A stretch of 63,037 bases of DNA, the filler included. It is 4 parts of 4 records of this genome, joined end to end, with 100 filler letters (N's around TTAATTAATTAA, not from the genome) between each part and the next. Parts side by side here need not be neighbours in the genome. Positions count along the whole stretch, not along the records: positions 56,816 to 63,037 come from SRR20825019_2043; 3 more parts are not named here. The stretch is one strand, 5' to 3'. The notes beneath the pieces are model-generated. The model ran no database searches and was not told the origin of the DNA. It saw only the letters and a list, made by a program, of their open reading frames with translations. Made by a program: the position numbers and the translations under genes. Below are positions 59,983 through 63,037 of this stretch, piece by piece (within the stretch, counting starts at the first letter, position 1; each line of letters starts with the position of its first letter).

Positions 59983-61902
59983 CTACACAGTGGATACTTG
60001 CAGATTGGCATACATCATGGGAGAATGCTGTGAGCGCCTTCTCTTCATGATAACAACCACCCCCAGAGCAAGCCCCGCGACAGCTACGATGGCCATGGGG
60101 AGCACCATGAAGCCATATCCACCCCGAGAGGACGGTGCGCGATTCTCATTTGACGTGGTGTATACAGACAACGTCGCTGTCTCATGCGAAGTTTGTTCTG
60201 CAAGCGAGCTAGCCGCTAGATTACCGGCCTCCTCATAAGCGGAAACATAGGATATGGCATGTTTGAGCTCACTGCGCTCAACATCTTTTCCTTCACAGAG
60301 AACGATGAGGGCCTTGTAATGGACAAAAGCATTGCGATGATCACCGAGAACCTCAGAAGTGTGCGCCAGAGAGTACAAGAGGTTAAATCTGTTCGGGGAG
60401 TTCTTCAATTGCTCTTGGTAGGCGCTGAGTGCCTCCTCGTGACGCCCGAGCATCGTTAGCATGTCGCCATACTGTTCATACCGAGGAATCAGATCCATGG
60501 TGGCAACTTCTGGCGTGTTGGGGTCGTAGCGGTCCACCACAGTCCGCATCTTGGCCAGTCCGCTTTCAATTGTGTCCGGCGAGGAGATAAGTACATAGGC
60601 TTCGGCGACATCCCGGAGGCTATTGAACCACTCAATCCAATACGCAAGGCGATCATCAAAGTATCCATTTCCCTTCAGCTCATCATACTTGGCGATGAGG
60701 CGCGTCAGAGCCTCGGAAGCCTTATCATTCTCTCCGAGCATTACGTGAGCGATAACACGGACGTAGTCTCTATAGACAGGCCAGTAGATAATCTCTTTGA
60801 AGATAGGCAGACGATAATAAGGCGCCTCGTAATCAGCAGCAGCTCTCCAGTCACGGGTTTCCACATAAAACCTGGGGGGAATGCTCTCCAGTCCGGCTGC
60901 GGCGGTCTCGCCACCTACGGTTCCCTCCACCGCAAAGACATTATTGACAATGTCCTCAACCTCTGCAACTTGTCCGTACTGCAGCTTCGCCACAGTGATG
61001 AACTTCATGGAGTGACACTTCTCTTCATGCCACACACGCGGCCCCTTGCCCAGCTTATTCTTGACATACTCTTCGGCATAGTGCACACCTCGCTCGTTTG
61101 TGTCGATACTGTTTTTCCACATCCCGAGGATTGTGAAGATGTGGGACGGCATATGGAGGGCATGAGGGACATCAGGGGCGACGGCTGCGTACTGCAAAGC
61201 ATGGTCACGCGCCAACTTCGCCAAGGCTGGGTTATCACATGCATGGACAACGTAATGAAGTGTGCCCATATGCTCCGGGTGGTCAACGAGGATAACTTCC
61301 ATCTTCGCCAGAGCCCTCCGTTGGCGTTTGAGCATAGCTTCGCCCCCCTCTCCTCCTGCCTTGACCACTTCCATGAGTCCGAAAAAGTTTGCCGTCTCCA
61401 CATCATTGTCATACTTGTCTACAAGCTTGCTAAATGCTGCATGGTAGCCATTGACGCGGTGCTGGTATGATGGCGGTGAGTCTTGGTAGAATTCAAGGCC
61501 CGCATTGACATAGTCACATTCAATAGGCAAAGCTTTTGTGCTAGTTCCGCACTTCTCTGCAGCATCGAGAAGTCGCAAACGCATCTTCTTCATAGTCTCT
61601 TCAGATACTGGCTCCCAAAGGAAGTGCACCTGAGACATAGCAGTGCCCCACACAGCCATAGGACAACTCTCGACACCAACCGAGTCAACTAGACCCTCAA
61701 ATGTGTCTGTTGCGGCGTCATAGAAGAACGAGTGCAGCAATGCGATACCTCGGCGAAGTTCTTGTTGAGAATCTTCGTCTCCGCAGGTGTTCTCAAAAAT
61801 GATTTCGTTCTCTCCATATCCACGGTCCTTGATTGCCTCAATAGAGAGGAATAATGCGGATATGCCGAGGCACAGCAACAAGACTGTACGCTGCTGGTAC
61901 AT
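59983..61902 (-). CDS. Intronless His-rich TPR-like protein with signal peptide and C-terminal TM helix
   Basis: GIALLHSF, CPMAVWGTAMS, HMGTLHYVVHA, APDVPHALHMPSHIF, TPR (GDMLTMLGRHEEALSAY..PNRFN), TM FMVLPMAIVAVAGLALGVVVIM then KRRR. Confidence 0.85.
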   Translation of the reverse strand: MYQQRTVLLLCLGISALFLSIEAIKDRGYGENEIIFENTCGDEDSQQELRRGIALLHSFFYDAATDTFEGLVDSVGVESCPMAVWGTAMSQVHFLWEPVSEETMKKMRLRLLDAAEKCGTSTKALPIECDYVNAGLEFYQDSPPSYQHRVNGYHAAFSKLVDKYDNDVETANFFGLMEVVKAGGEGGEAMLKRQRRALAKMEVILVDHPEHMGTLHYVVHACDNPALAKLARDHALQYAAVAPDVPHALHMPSHIFTILGMWKNSIDTNERGVHYAEEYVKNKLGKGPRVWHEEKCHSMKFITVAKLQYGQVAEVEDIVNNVFAVEGTVGGETAAAGLESIPPRFYVETRDWRAAADYEAPYYRLPIFKEIIYWPVYRDYVRVIAHVMLGENDKASEALTRLIAKYDELKGNGYFDDRLAYWIEWFNSLRDVAEAYVLISSPDTIESGLAKMRTVVDRYDPNTPEVATMDLIPRYEQYGDMLTMLGRHEEALSAYQEQLKNSPNRFNLLYSLAHTSEVLGDHRNAFVHYKALIVLCEGKDVERSELKHAISYVSAYEEAGNLAASSLAEQTSHETATLSVYTTSNENRAPSSRGGYGFMVLPMAIVAVAGLALGVVVIMKRRRSQHSPMMYANLQVSTV

Positions 61903-62596
61903 ATCAAGAAGTCAGTGGTATTGTTCACCAGATGCGATGAAGGGGTTGGAGAGTATTATGTATGACAGCCAAGTTGAACAGGTTCACTGGTAGCTAGCAG
62001 GAGTGGAAGAACGGAAAAAAAACCCTTTTGTGATAGTGGGGAGGTGATGAGCGGTGTTTGGAGACTCTCTTGCTCTGCACTCTACAACAACGACTGGTGA
62101 CCGGCACTGTGCGCTAGACCCAATGGCAATGGTAGCTCCGGACGTCCTTACCCTGTCTGTTCACTATCCACAGAGTGGGACGGGTGGTCAGGGCCGGGTT
62201 GAGGGATGCCGAGTACGCATTCACTGCCTAGACTGCCGAGAGTCAAAATCCCCACTGCAGATTTGGCTGGCTCGGAGAAACTGATGAGAGGCAAGAGGGA
62301 GTATTAGCCACAACTTAAGGACCTTAATTGACATGTGTTGACCATTGGGCATGAATTAAAGGAAATCTCGATAAAGAGAAACCCTTTGAGTTGCAGCCTT
62401 GTTGGGATAGGATACAGTGTTGACTGCATGACAATGGTGCTAGCCAACAAGCGCGAAGATCCTGGCCGTTGCCGGCGGACTGTGGATCCAAGTTGCCGGT
62501 TCGGTAGTTCCCCCCGCCACCTTCTGGTAGTGTGTATCTGGAAGCCCTGTCCCACCCGTCCCCATAGCAACTAGTAGGACTTCAGTTCACTCACCT

Positions 62597-63037
62597 ATGA
62601 CGTCACTCCCCCTCAATGCCGCACAACCCTCCACTGCTCCCAGACAGAAGTCGGCGGGCTCTGGGCGACAAGCATTTGCTGTGCACTTTTGTTTTTGGCG
62701 TGGCTCTATATATGTCGGAAGACGCGACATGCCTACGCAGTGGGTGAATATGAGCACACCAAGCCATCGGGCGTGCTGGTGTTCCGGGCTTTTTGGCCAG
62801 ATGGCCAATTCGCTGATACTCTTCTTTTTCGTCCCCATGTTACCTTTCCTTCGCCTTGTTGTTCCTGCCTTCATCATGAAACTGGTAGATGAGAAGCTCT
62901 GGGTGCTTGATCGTAAAGCCATGGAGCACGAAGCAAAGTCCACCGGAAACCGCAGCAGCTCACAAAAGCGACAGTGTAGAGTCCACCAGTACAGCACTTG
63001 CTCCACATTCCAGCGTGTGATGAGCGGCTACTTTGGG
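62597..63037 (+). CDS. Possible 5' part of another eukaryotic gene, unidentified
   Basis: Frame from ATG 62597 stays open to the window end and includes a hydrophobic stretch (MANSLILFFFVPMLPFLRLVVPAFIM); exon structure unresolved. Confidence 0.3.
   Translation, partial: MTSLPLNAAQPSTAPRQKSAGSGRQAFAVHFCFWRGSIYVGRRDMPTQWVNMSTPSHRACWCSGLFGQMANSLILFFFVPMLPFLRLVVPAFIMKLVDEKLWVLDRKAMEHEAKSTGNRSSSQKRQCRVHQYSTCSTFQRVMSGYFG

Noticed and set aside
59990..61692. Plus-strand ORFs including the 241-aa ORF at 60745-61470
   Set aside because: Antisense shadows of the 639-aa minus-strand gene
62054..63006. Short ORFs on both strands upstream of the TPR gene, including the 139-aa minus-strand ORF
   Set aside because: No recognisable motifs; likely a divergent promoter region and the antisense of an unresolved plus-strand gene

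Overview
This window is not one chromosome segment. It is four unrelated contigs joined by three identical artificial 100-bp linkers (N44-TTAATTAATTAA-N44 at 24849-24948, 48727-48826, 56716-56815). Contig A (1-24848), B (24949-48726) and C (48827-56715) are AT-rich Flavobacteriaceae-type DNA (T9SS cargo, TAnnTTTG promoters, mevalonate genes). A and B each carry an orthologous mvaD-mvk-ubiA cluster, so they most likely come from different genomes. Contig A has an accessory region (about 3.8-20.7 kb). It holds membrane TPR-LuxR regulators, a T9SS beta-propeller protein, a DUF805 gene coupled to an HExxH protease/32-aa-repeat fusion, a two-component system, tandem paralogous secreted proteins, and three degenerate attC-like elements that delimit cassette-like genes. 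Contigs B and C are mostly housekeeping (dnaE, aat, tag, truB, uppP, ftsX, leuS, aroC), with two candidate small RNAs and an Hpt/pseudo-receiver pair. Contig D (56816-63037) is eukaryotic, about 50% GC by eye, with tiny 48-63 nt GT-AG introns. It carries the 3' part of an unknown spliced gene, a GC-rich island, a 9-exon NDUFAF6 gene missed by the ORF track, and an intronless, bacterial-like His-rich TPR protein with a type I membrane anchor (candidate horizontal transfer). All family assignments come from motif recognition by eye; no searches were run.
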